This document shows positions 1 to 9,400 of a DNA stretch of 64,000 bases, in pieces. Location: positions 26,221 to 90,220 of IMG/VR virus record IMGVR_UViG_3300025110_000007, one strand, 5' to 3'. The stretch comes from a virus. The notes beneath the pieces were generated by a model that was not told the origin of the DNA, did not search any database, and was given only the letters and a program-made list of their open reading frames with translations. Both the position numbers and the translations under genes were made by a program. Positions within the stretch are counted from its first letter, which is position 1. Each line of letters starts with the position of its first letter.

Positions 1-2
1 TC

Positions 3-416
3 GACGACGCATTGGGCGTGGTCTGCCTTGCTTTCAACAGCGAGCGCATCGTCAGAGGAGGAGGCTCGTCTTACATGAACGCCGCCCTCAACCTGCGCTC
101 CCGTGCCGCTGAAATCGGCGGTCGGGCACAGATGGCTATCGAAGCCTTTGCCAACGCCTTGGAGAGCATCCCTGCTACCATTGCGCAGAACGCAGGTCAC
201 GACCCGCTGGACACCATCCTTGAGTTGAGGAACGAACATCTGCAAGGCAACTTTGATTACGGCCCCGATATTTACAACGGCGGTACAATCTCAATGGAAG
301 GGGCGAATGTATGGGAACCGTACGAACTTGTGAAGCAGGCTATTCAGTCAGCAAGCGAGGTCAGCATTAGCATCCTACGCATCGATGACATCATTGGACG
401 GAAGTCTGAGGATTGA
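3..416 (+). CDS. ths: Group II chaperonin (thermosome) subunit, C-terminal part, truncated by window start
   Basis: Open from base 3 (DDALGVV...). Contains GGG, 'AIEAFANALESIPATIAQNAGHDPLD' and 'VWEPYELVKQAIQSASEVSISILRIDDII', typical of a thermosome/TCP-1 C-terminus. Confidence 0.95.
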   Translation, partial: DDALGVVCLAFNSERIVRGGGSSYMNAALNLRSRAAEIGGRAQMAIEAFANALESIPATIAQNAGHDPLDTILELRNEHLQGNFDYGPDIYNGGTISMEGANVWEPYELVKQAIQSASEVSISILRIDDIIGRKSED

Positions 417-1371
417 CATCTCCTGCCGCTTGTTGCTCTTGGAGCATTTGTTCGTAGCGTATTTGGTCTTCCGATGGTCCGGCCATATGTAATTCTGAAA
501 TGTCGCTTCTGAGTTCAGGGTCTGGGTGGAAAAATTCAGCCCCTTGGTACATGGAGTCGCCCATGTCGTCAAGTCTTTGTTCGGGAGTCGTGAAACCAGT
601 TGGACTACTGCTGTCAGGTGTCAGACTGTAAGCGCCGAATTCGTGAGCCATTGAATGCAAGATAGGATAAGCACTTTGTGCTTGTTCGACATCCAAATCT
701 GTCAATAATTCAGGTATGATTGAGCCATGAGGGTCGACATTTACACCTGCTCTTACCAACACATCGGTTGCGGTCTTTGGTCTATTCCATCGCATCCTTG
801 GTCCACTGAACTTCCCTTGAGGGGGATATTGTTGGGTCAATCGTGCAATGTTCTCTTTCTGTTCTCGCTTCAATGCTTCGATGTTGCTTTGCTGTTTCGC
901 CCATTGTTCAACTTCATCCTCGATAAGAGAGTGTACATTTTCATGAGCACCGATGTTGGCTATTTTCTCAGCACCCTTGTCAAAGTCTTCTTCAAAAATT
1001 TTGCCTAATTCTGGGTACAAATGCGTACCAACATAAGAGCCATCCTCCCGCAATCGTGGCACTGAGCCTCCTCGGTAGTATCTTCCGTCTACACCATCTT
1101 CGGGCGCAGGGAAATTAGGCCTGTCCTTTGGCCCGGCCCGAAAAGTCAATTTCGTATTGAACGGTTTCTTTTCGTCTTCGGTCGCTGGACGGTCGCTCAA
1201 TTCTGGGAAATTAGCGACTCTTCCTCTGACATGCATTAAAGGTCTTTCATACATCGGACCAGCATATCCTGTCATGTCTTCGCCTGCTCTTGCGAAATGA
1301 CCGCCGTGTTTATATCCCAAATGAAAATCCGACTTGAGGATTGACCAAGCGACATCAAGTGGCCTGACCAT
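391..1371 (-). CDS. Tagged orphan protein, possible zinc metallopeptidase (HExxH)
   Basis: N-terminal tag MVRPLDVAWSILKS; AHENVH motif and a downstream AHEFGAY that could supply a third Glu ligand. Confidence 0.7.
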   Translation of the reverse strand: MVRPLDVAWSILKSDFHLGYKHGGHFARAGEDMTGYAGPMYERPLMHVRGRVANFPELSDRPATEDEKKPFNTKLTFRAGPKDRPNFPAPEDGVDGRYYRGGSVPRLREDGSYVGTHLYPELGKIFEEDFDKGAEKIANIGAHENVHSLIEDEVEQWAKQQSNIEALKREQKENIARLTQQYPPQGKFSGPRMRWNRPKTATDVLVRAGVNVDPHGSIIPELLTDLDVEQAQSAYPILHSMAHEFGAYSLTPDSSSPTGFTTPEQRLDDMGDSMYQGAEFFHPDPELRSDISELHMAGPSEDQIRYEQMLQEQQAAGDVNPQTSVQ

Positions 1372-1386
1372 GTACAGGCGTAGCCC

Positions 1387-2226
1387 TCAATGTCTAATCA
1401 AATTATCCTCTTGACCTTTGAGAATGTCCTTCACGACATCCAGAGCAGGGCGTAAGTCGGCTTCCTTAATGCCGCAGTTGAATCCCCATACATTGAGATG
1501 GCGCACCAAGGCTTCGGTCGATAGGTTAGCCCCACTGCCCTTGGCAAAGGGACAGCCGCCAAGACCACCGATGCTTGAGTCGAACTGCTTGATACCACTC
1601 ATCAGGCCGCTTCTGACAAGACTCAGGGCACTTGCTTCGTCACCCTTGTGGTGCAAGTGAAGAGCAGGGGTCAAACCCTCATCTTGGGCCATTTCAGCCC
1701 ACAGCGCCACTTCTTGACGAGTGCCACAGCCTACTGTGTCAGAAAATACAACAGTTGTCCCGAACATCTTAGCGTCCCGTAAGCACAGCCGCATCATTGA
1801 TGAAGAAACTTCACCACTGTGTGGCGAGCCAAATGCCATAGAAAGGTACACTCGTACTTTCTCCTTGGGTACCTTGTCCATGAATGTCTTGTACATCAGA
1901 ACAATCTCTGAGCGAGTCTTACCCATGTTTTGGATGTTGAATGTTTCACATGGACTGAACACGATGTTGATTTTATCGACGCCTGATTGCTGTGCACGAA
2001 GGAAGCCTCGCTTGTTCATGACAAGTCCAGCGCCTTTGTTGTACACGGCCTCTGCGTCAGCCATCTGTGGCAGAACCTTTGGGTGAGCAAATGAAACTTC
2101 TTCGATGTCGGTGATGCCAGAGGCGTACAGTTCCTTTATCAGAAGCCTTTTGGTTTTTGTACTGACCACAGTGCCCAAAGCCTGCAACCCATCTCTTGGT
2201 CCGACTTCATAGACACTAATGTTCAT
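1387..2226 (-). CDS. hmgL: Hydroxymethylglutaryl-CoA lyase (DRE-TIM family), auxiliary metabolic gene
   Basis: EVGPRDGLQ, SFAHPKVLPQMADAE, DTVG, HLHH metal site and GGLGGCPFA. Start moved to ATG 2226, which overlaps (ATGA) the stop of a small upstream ORF. Confidence 0.92.
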   Translation of the reverse strand: MNISVYEVGPRDGLQALGTVVSTKTKRLLIKELYASGITDIEEVSFAHPKVLPQMADAEAVYNKGAGLVMNKRGFLRAQQSGVDKINIVFSPCETFNIQNMGKTRSEIVLMYKTFMDKVPKEKVRVYLSMAFGSPHSGEVSSSMMRLCLRDAKMFGTTVVFSDTVGCGTRQEVALWAEMAQDEGLTPALHLHHKGDEASALSLVRSGLMSGIKQFDSSIGGLGGCPFAKGSGANLSTEALVRHLNVWGFNCGIKEADLRPALDVVKDILKGQEDNLIRH

Positions 2227-2378
2227 TGCTGACCCTTCCGCAACCCGTCCATACACATTTCTTGCAATTCAGCACTGTCAGTGAAGAATACAACATCGGA
2301 GCCTAAGTCATCTGTGACATACCAAGTGAACAAAAATCCGCAGATAAAACTCAAGATAAAAAACAGCCAAAGACCCAT
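2223..2378 (-). CDS. Small 51-aa membrane protein (not in ORF track)
   Basis: Translated by hand: MGLWLFFILSFICGFLFTWYVTDDLGSDVVFFTDSAELQEMCMDGLRKGQQ*. N-terminal TM helix; ATGA overlap with hmgL start. Confidence 0.7.
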   Translation of the reverse strand: MGLWLFFILSFICGFLFTWYVTDDLGSDVVFFTDSAELQEMCMDGLRKGQQ

Positions 2379-2395
2379 GTGCAGGGACAGCGCGG

Positions 2396-2411
2396 TGTAA
2401 AAATTAAATCT
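2396..2411. promoter_or_regulatory. Possible bidirectional archaeal TATA-like element
   Basis: TGTAAAAATTAAATC-like AT tract between divergent small ORFs starting at 2378(-) and 2432(+). Confidence 0.35.
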
Positions 2412-2431
2412 TCCGGTTCATACGGCCCACC

Positions 2432-2530
2432 ATGGACCGCTCCGACAAGGTCCTACTCCCACTCGCATTATTGGTTGTCATCGGCTGGGTCATCGGTCTG
2501 GTCATGCATCACGCATGGCTTGAGAAATGA
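2432..2530 (+). CDS. Small 32-aa single-TM peptide (not in ORF track)
   Basis: Translated by hand: MDRSDKVLLPLALLVVIGWVIGLVMHHAWLEK*. AT-rich TATA-like tract about 25 nt upstream. Confidence 0.5.
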   Translation: MDRSDKVLLPLALLVVIGWVIGLVMHHAWLEK

Positions 2531-2768
2531 GCATGCGGGACAGCGCCCCGTAGCGTTTGGCCTTCAACCGCTTCTTCGCTTTCTTGGCCGACTCCTTCTG
2601 CCCTAAAGGACCAAAGCCACCATGCTTGCGGACATAGCCACACTGAGGGCATTCGTGATACACCACATGCTTACCATTAGCGTACCGTCCGCTAACAGAC
2701 AAAGGTAGGGCTGTTGTACCACAGCACTCGCAGGTCTGCATCAAAGATTCGACAAGAGCGCCCATCAA
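2502..2768 (-). CDS. Zn-ribbon protein with basic C-terminus
   Basis: CECC...CPQCG; start overlaps the stop of the upstream gene. Confidence 0.7.
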   Translation of the reverse strand: MMGALVESLMQTCECCGTTALPLSVSGRYANGKHVVYHECPQCGYVRKHGGFGPLGQKESAKKAKKRLKAKRYGALSRMLISQAMRDA

Positions 2769-3895
2769 CTCACCGTGTGCAGGTCCAACTTAGCCCACGC
2801 TGAACCAGTGTACACGAACTTAGCATACTGGTTGATGGTCACATTTTGATTGAGCGTTCCTGAATCGAAGTGCAAGTTGTGTGACCCAGCCGCATGATAC
2901 ACCTCAACCGTATGGCCGTGTGGGAATGTACCTGTTGGATTGAGTGTGATTGCGGCTCCGGTTGTAATAATCCAAATGTTCGGTCCTGTGATGGTGACTG
3001 ATTGATTAGAACTGGTTGTTAGAACCTTGACTTCATTTGGAGCCAACCGCCATGTGGCACGGGCAGGACTACCACCAATGCTACGCACGGCGCTGTACAT
3101 AAGCACCGAATGTCCATCAGGGCTGTGTGTCTGCCACATACCTCCGAAGGGCGAAGCACCAAACCCACCTGCTGATGGTGATGAATAGATACCATCGATG
3201 TCGGAACTGTCGTCAAATGCGTTGGATGCTGTGACATTGCCCGCCGCTCCCTTTGTCATGTGATGCAGGTACAAAGGACTTGGACGAATGAAAGTACGCT
3301 TATCGTACACTGTTGGCGTGTTAAGAGAGGCAGTCAATGCACCTCCAGCAGATACCTCGTAAAGGAGGATTGCTAACACAGTTGTCTTTCTGTTATCTGG
3401 ACCCGGTAGGTTGAGGAAGGTATTGGGAACTTGAGGCGTTTCACTGGCCGTGTCGGCAAGGGTACCGAACTCATACTTGATGTTCGCCTTGCCACTGTCG
3501 GCCGCCACATAAATGACACAATAGGCTTTCTTTGCCACCGAACCATGAGGAGAAGGAAGACTACCGGAGTGATTACTGGTCGTACCGATAGTTGTGGCCG
3601 TGGAAGTCGCACCCGGACCACCTGCGAATTGATACACAATTCCGTCGAGGACAGCATAGCCTCCTGATACTGTGAGTCCACCACCTGAGCCAACAGCCAC
3701 ATGGCCTTCTGTTCCACTGCCCGTAGCGTTCCTCGTGCCACCATAGCCGCCGTCAGCCACTCTGAGAATGCCGTTGCCGTGTAGGGCCTCGTATGGGTTG
3801 GTAAGTGAGGGGCTTGTCAATCCGTCACCGTCACGCAGGCCTGTGGCACTGCTAAACCCTGTTGCGCTCGTATGTCCTGCTAATGGATTACTCAT
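2765..3895 (-). CDS. Tail fibre/virion structural protein
   Basis: G/S/T-rich beta-type composition; 'LTVSGGYAVLDG...LAIL...VYDKRTF' resembles fibre N-terminal domains; lies at end of tail module. Confidence 0.6.
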   Translation of the reverse strand: MSNPLAGHTSATGFSSATGLRDGDGLTSPSLTNPYEALHGNGILRVADGGYGGTRNATGSGTEGHVAVGSGGGLTVSGGYAVLDGIVYQFAGGPGATSTATTIGTTSNHSGSLPSPHGSVAKKAYCVIYVAADSGKANIKYEFGTLADTASETPQVPNTFLNLPGPDNRKTTVLAILLYEVSAGGALTASLNTPTVYDKRTFIRPSPLYLHHMTKGAAGNVTASNAFDDSSDIDGIYSSPSAGGFGASPFGGMWQTHSPDGHSVLMYSAVRSIGGSPARATWRLAPNEVKVLTTSSNQSVTITGPNIWIITTGAAITLNPTGTFPHGHTVEVYHAAGSHNLHFDSGTLNQNVTINQYAKFVYTGSAWAKLDLHTVS

Positions 3896-3896
3896 T

Positions 3897-4250
3897 TTAG
3901 TTCACCTCGATTATGGTTGCGAACCGGAGTTCGTTGTTGCTGGTCTTGCTGACCGATTGGAATGTGTACCTGAACAACACTGTTGTGTCAGTAGCGTCAG
4001 ATGGGTTTTGATATTGGATGCATACCTCACGCAGGGGCAATGTGAAGGTCGAAGACAATGGTAAGATGGCCTCGACATAGATAGTATGGTCGTCCACGAT
4101 ACGAGTCGTAGGTACGGCTGTGTAAGCAGGGCGTCCTGCTCCACCGTCCTCGGAAGTAGCAACCGTTCCATCGAAACCAAACACGACTTGATTGATTCGG
4201 CTATTTAATTGGTCGACCAAGAATCTGTTTCCGTCTGTTAGCAATGGCAT
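3897..4250 (-). CDS. Baseplate/tail-collar-like small structural protein
   Basis: Likely start MPLLTDGNRFL at 4250 after GAGG; 'LREVCI...LFRYTFQSVSKT' resembles fibre-collar domains. Confidence 0.55.
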   Translation of the reverse strand: MPLLTDGNRFLVDQLNSRINQVVFGFDGTVATSEDGGAGRPAYTAVPTTRIVDDHTIYVEAILPLSSTFTLPLREVCIQYQNPSDATDTTVLFRYTFQSVSKTSNNELRFATIIEVN

Positions 4251-4251
4251 G

Positions 4252-5661
4252 TCATCCTCTCCTTGTGATTGTTTCTTGACGCTTAGGGTTTTGAATCTTG
4301 AGTAAAGCCACTTGCTTGGCCTGAGCCTCACTTGCGTTGCCGCCGATAATACTGCGGGTACCGTGACCAATCAAAAAGCCAGCGGAGTCAACAATCGTAT
4401 TCCCAAGGTCCCATTTGGTTGAAATCTTGAATCGTGCGCTGGCTGAGAACTCTTTTGTTTCGATTTGTCGACTGTGCTCATCTCCTACCTCATCAAGTGA
4501 CACAATGTCACCTTGCTGGAACCTCTGGAGTAGGTCTTCAATTCCACTGTCGAGCGAACCTATCTTGAAATCAGTCATCTTCTCAATCAGATGGTGTCGG
4601 GCCTGCAACACATGGTAGATGTCATCATCTCCGTGCGCTTGGTAGCGTACCTTTTCAGCAGGCTGTAGTGAAGAAGACCTGACAACTTTGTTCAGTGTGA
4701 TTGAGCCAGTTGCATTAGCGGCACTGGATAAGAAACGCTGTCCGATTGCTTTGGCACTTGCTCGTGAAACAGCAGTGGGAGCGAATATGCCACCGGGTAC
4801 TTCTATGATACCGTTCTTTTGAGCATTGAGGTCGCCCACAACCACAGTATTGTCGTCGTTGTTTGCCCGAACTTTACCTCTTACAGTCACGCTGTTAGGC
4901 AAACTCTTACTCTTCGTACTGCTTTTGCCATCCGTGACCATCTGCCCTGTCAAATAATGCATTTTATTGCTTTGAAGTTGATGTTGATAAGACAAATTGC
5001 CAAACCTGTCTCCAACAAGGCGGTGACCGTCATGTCTGCTTACGAAACGCATGGCTGTGACCCCATCAACACCGTTGAAATCCTTCGCAACAAAGGTTCC
5101 ACTACCACGAGAGCGGGCAATCTCGACTGAGTTGAGTGAACTGGTCTGATTGTCGCCTATTCGGGCGGCAAGGTCGCTCGCACGGAGCCCAATACTTGCT
5201 TTCTGAGTGATTTGTACCTCTGTGCCATCAAAACCAAGGTCGGATAGCGATTTTCCCTTTAAATTAGGCAAAATAAACCGTGTTCCCTTGGTAGCAGACT
5301 CAATTTGGCTCATTGTAAGAGCCTGAGAGACATTATCTGCATTTACAAGCAGTGCAGGAGGCGAATCTCCTGCGCTAAGTGAGTCGTCCGAGTGAAATAG
5401 CGAACCGGTGTAGCGATGACTGTCTGTTTTCTTGTGCACCAGTTCAATTGTGTCTTCTTGCTCCACCAAAGTGTACCTACGGTCATGCGCAGGTGCAAAA
5501 TCTGATTGAACAGGCTTCGCTACCTGTCTTTTTGCTGATGTTTGGGTGTACACACCGTGCTTGACGCCATTATCAACAAACCGTGGCTTACGAACTCGCT
5601 TCATAATTGCACTTTGTGCCGCATCAGAACGACCAGTTGACAAATTCTTACCAAGCGCCAT
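4252..5661 (-). CDS. Baseplate hub / tail-tip protein (Tal/gp27-like, tentative)
   Basis: 'GVTAMRFVSRHDG..GDRFGNLSY', 'NSVTVRG' and 'SAKAIGQRFL' follow the hub-protein pattern; tail-module context. Confidence 0.5.
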   Translation of the reverse strand: MALGKNLSTGRSDAAQSAIMKRVRKPRFVDNGVKHGVYTQTSAKRQVAKPVQSDFAPAHDRRYTLVEQEDTIELVHKKTDSHRYTGSLFHSDDSLSAGDSPPALLVNADNVSQALTMSQIESATKGTRFILPNLKGKSLSDLGFDGTEVQITQKASIGLRASDLAARIGDNQTSSLNSVEIARSRGSGTFVAKDFNGVDGVTAMRFVSRHDGHRLVGDRFGNLSYQHQLQSNKMHYLTGQMVTDGKSSTKSKSLPNSVTVRGKVRANNDDNTVVVGDLNAQKNGIIEVPGGIFAPTAVSRASAKAIGQRFLSSAANATGSITLNKVVRSSSLQPAEKVRYQAHGDDDIYHVLQARHHLIEKMTDFKIGSLDSGIEDLLQRFQQGDIVSLDEVGDEHSRQIETKEFSASARFKISTKWDLGNTIVDSAGFLIGHGTRSIIGGNASEAQAKQVALLKIQNPKRQETITRRG

Positions 5662-5690
5662 CAGTCATTCCACCGTAGGTCTGCTTTTCA

Positions 5691-5930
5691 TCACAGTCCA
5701 TCCATGAGAACAACATCACCATGAGGTGAAATTTTTACATTGCCCATCTTGTCAATGATTTTCTTACACTCAGGCTTTGAGCGTTTGCAGGCTTTACAAC
5801 AATCCTCCAAAGAAGCCGCTCCACCTTCCTTTTTCAAACAAGCAATGATTTTTGCTTTCGCCTCTTCTAAATCTCCGTCATCCTCTTTTAGCAAATTCCA
5901 TGCTTCGTCCATTGGGTTCAACAGTTCCAC
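5691..5930 (-). CDS. Tagged small protein, possible winged-helix
   Basis: Tag NPMDEAWNLLKE followed by a helix-helix-helix-hairpin pattern. Confidence 0.7.
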   Translation of the reverse strand: MELLNPMDEAWNLLKEDDGDLEEAKAKIIACLKKEGGAASLEDCCKACKRSKPECKKIIDKMGNVKISPHGDVVLMDGL

Positions 5931-6235
5931 CTCTTTAATGACGCTCCCTTGGGCGTCAACTTGCCCTTCTTACTGGTTGGTCCTTTGACACCAGTCATAC
6001 GAGCACAGAATGATTTTCTTCGCTTGGCGGACTTACTACCCGGCTTCAATTTGCTGGGTTTTTTGGTCACAGGAGGCTTGAGATTAGCACCTGTTTTACG
6101 CTTAGCGGCGGCACGACCTTTAGCGTTCAGTCCGCCCTTTTTGTTGTGCTTGTTAGGATTGTACCCGTGAAACGGTTTGCTTTTCTTTTTCTTAGCGGCT
6201 TTTAATACAGCCCACGCTTCGTCCATAGGGTTCAT
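5918..6235 (-). CDS. Tagged highly basic protein (DUF6321-like)
   Basis: Tag MNPMDEAWAVLKA, then GGLNAKGRA..NLKPPV..RRKSFCARM..LKRWNC as recalled from marine phage DUF6321 proteins. Confidence 0.75.
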   Translation of the reverse strand: MNPMDEAWAVLKAAKKKKSKPFHGYNPNKHNKKGGLNAKGRAAAKRKTGANLKPPVTKKPSKLKPGSKSAKRRKSFCARMTGVKGPTSKKGKLTPKGASLKRWNC

Positions 6236-6450
6236 TCTTCACCCCTCCATGCATCACATGTGCACTTACTGTTGCACTCAAAATCGAATAACTTGCACTT
6301 GCCCATGCCTTCTCCTTTAGCGACCCAGTGTCGGCAGTTGCCACATCGTTCGTTTTGGTTATCTGCTGGACAACGATAATTTGGAGCGTCCTCCTTTGCT
6401 TTAAGTAGCGTCCAAGCCATGTTCAAAGCGTCGGCATCCATGTTGCTCAC
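6232..6450 (-). CDS. Tagged HiPIP-like Cys-rich protein
   Basis: Tag DALNMAWTLLKA, then Y..CGNC..W..GKCKLF..CDAW with HiPIP-like cysteine spacing. Confidence 0.65.
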   Translation of the reverse strand: MSNMDADALNMAWTLLKAKEDAPNYRCPADNQNERCGNCRHWVAKGEGMGKCKLFDFECNSKCTCDAWRGEE

Positions 6451-9400
6451 TCCGTGCTGTGGTCACCGCTATTAAAAGATGTATCGCCTTTACTGCCCTT
6501 TGGGTGTAATGTTTGACTGTGACGGGGCTCAACAGAGTAGTCTTCCTTTCTTGCGGCATCGCTTCTGAAATGCTCCAGTGTGTTCTCACTCATTGTGATA
6601 CGGGCTACTGGTTGCGTGATGTCAGTCTTGTCATAACCAGACACATCGACTCCGAGAATCTTAGGTCCTTGGCTCACTGCGGCACTGTTAGCAGGGTTGA
6701 CACTGTACACAGGTGCGTACGGTGGACTGCTTGGTGTACCTGTACGAGCAGAGGCCGCATCGCTGGTATAGATACCATACTTCCCACCTGCTGTGGCGGC
6801 GTAAAATGTACCGCCTGCTTGAGGTGCTCCTGACTTTACTGCCATGTTAGAACGGAACAACTGTACATGTGAGTTATCTAAAACAAAGGCTGGTCTAACC
6901 AAAAACTCAATTTCAGAGTCAGCGTGGTTTATGTTCTCAGTCACCGAAGTGTGATTACTATCTTGGTATGGATTGGAGGAAGAAGTTGCTCCGGCCTCGC
7001 CCCAGCCAGTCACATCGAGTGCACCTGCTCTGCGCTTCCAATTCATAACATAGGTACCACCAAGAGCCCAGAATGAGTGTGCATCAGACACCTTGATGAT
7101 GCCTTTTACAGGTTGCCCTGTCCAGTCCAGTGCAGTCATATCGAGGTGACCAAGTGTACGATTGCCGACATTCATGGCTCCTCTGAGTGTCGTTCGCTGA
7201 CCAACATCTCTGTTGCTGTGTAGGCTGTGCGCTTCTGTCGACATAACCACATACTCACGGCTCACACCGTCGTTGAGTTCTCCGAGTGTGTCAACATCCA
7301 ATCCAATCCGCACACCGTCACCGCCGACAGGCTCTGCAAGCATGGTGTCCGTGGTGATTGATTCAGTCGTTTCATTGACCATTGCAGTCGGCTTGAGAAG
7401 CCCATCATCGTCAGCGAGGTCGAGGCGTGCACTGATACCACGGTCTGTTTCACCGGCTTGCAATACATCGTTTCTCGGGCGAACTAAGCCCTTACCAACG
7501 GTAGGCTCAGCAGTCGGTTGAGACAGCACCAGCCCTGTCGGCTCAACGGTTTCAGAAATATCCATGAGGAGGCTTTCGTTGAAATGTGTAGGCCACCGTA
7601 CACCACGCCCATCCCCTCGGTCACCTACTCGCATAGCGTTCGTTGGGTTGAACCAATCCACGATAGCCATAGCCGCTACATCGTTATTGGCTGTGTTGGA
7701 ATTGCCACTCTGTCGGTCAGTACTGGTGGCAAAGAGGCCATTCGCTTCTGGTCGATTGCCACTGCCGCCGTCTTCGTATGCATCTTCTGGGTCCCACGCA
7801 GGAGAAATACCGAAGCCACGCACTGGGAAGCGACGGACATCTTCTCCACGAGTGTTGCCCCACCAGTCAACCATGTAGTAGCGGTGTGCTTGAGCAATCT
7901 CTGCAATTTCTAAGCCCGCCCTGTCACCTGCGTACATCCTTCGTACACTGGACGAGTTGCGGATTGTACGAACAGGACAGCCAAAAGCACGAGTCATTCT
8001 GCGTCCGTCGCTGTATCTGACTTGGCGGCCCAATTGGTCTTGATTGAGCAATGCACTAATTTGAGTAAGTCGTTCCAAAACACCCGTGTAAGTTGCAGGA
8101 TAATCAGTGCCGCCTACCCAACCGTCATCTTTGTTATCTTGCTGGATGAATGGTCCATGGTAATAACCAAGCAAAGCATTGGCGTTAGCCACTTCCAAGT
8201 AGCCTCGGACATAAGGCGACCAGCGTGGGCGATTGTACGGTTGACGCAAAGCAAAGCGATAGCCAAAGCAAGTATTTCGGGCATTATCAGATGCTGTCGT
8301 CATCTGTGCGTATGTTCGCTCTTCAAGACCAGTGTTGTCATGGAAACTCACACAGTCAACTCCGAATAACTTCCCACCCCATCCAATGAGTGTTTCAAGG
8401 AAACCATCTAAACGACTGGAGCCTGCTCCTCCTCTGGAACCACCCGGCCAATAGCCTGCGAAATTGTATTTGTCCGAACCAATAGTGCCTCCTTGATGCG
8501 AAAGATTACCGTCACCATCCATGTCAGCACCACTTTTAGTGGTACCAGTTCCACCTGTACCTGCCGCACCGGGCGGTATAATCCACCTCATTCCAAATGT
8601 GAACGGACCTTTAGAGGCCGCATAGAAGAAATCATTGTAGTGAATTGTTTCAAAGTGTTCAGGGACATTGTTGAGTCCTTTCTTGAGAACAGGTGTATCT
8701 GTTGCTCCGTTCTTGTCGTAAAAGCCTCTGCTGTTGTCATCGGAGTAGTAAGTGAAAGGACGGCCCAAGTTCGGATGCCACATACACAAATACGCATCAG
8801 CAAGATGTAGGCTGTTTGTATCACGAGTACCATTCATGGTTTGTGGCATAACCCGAGTTGTCATGCTGACAAGCGAATTAGTGAAAATTTCATCTGCCTT
8901 CCGGTTGTCATAAGGCCCGCTTAAACGAATAATTGTGTCATTGGTTAAGTTGTCAAAGAATAGAGGAGTGACTTCCGTGACACCTTGGAACTGTGTAGGC
9001 GTCCCAAGAGTAGCGTGGGCCAATGTTCCTGTTCGGTTTGTGTAGGTAGCCGTCTGCCTTTCCCCGTTAGCATCTGTGTATTCCAAAACCTCTCCGTAGT
9101 ATGCTTTGACTGGGAACAGTTCAGCATTATCCACATTGACTGTACTGCCTCCAGCAGATGAGGCTGTGACCTTAGCATTGGGGTTCAAAGAGCGAACACG
9201 ATAGTGCTCTGCGTAAATGTCAGGGTAGCATGTAGGATAACCAGCAAGTGTAATCTGAGCACCTACTGCGCCAAAGGTAGCCCTGTTCATCTGATAGTAG
9301 TGGTCAGGTGTATGCCACTCCAAATGTCTGAAATGTGTAGCGGCTGATGCAGTTGCTCCGTCCTTGTGCAACTGTGCCCACCACGGCACTGTGAGCGTAA

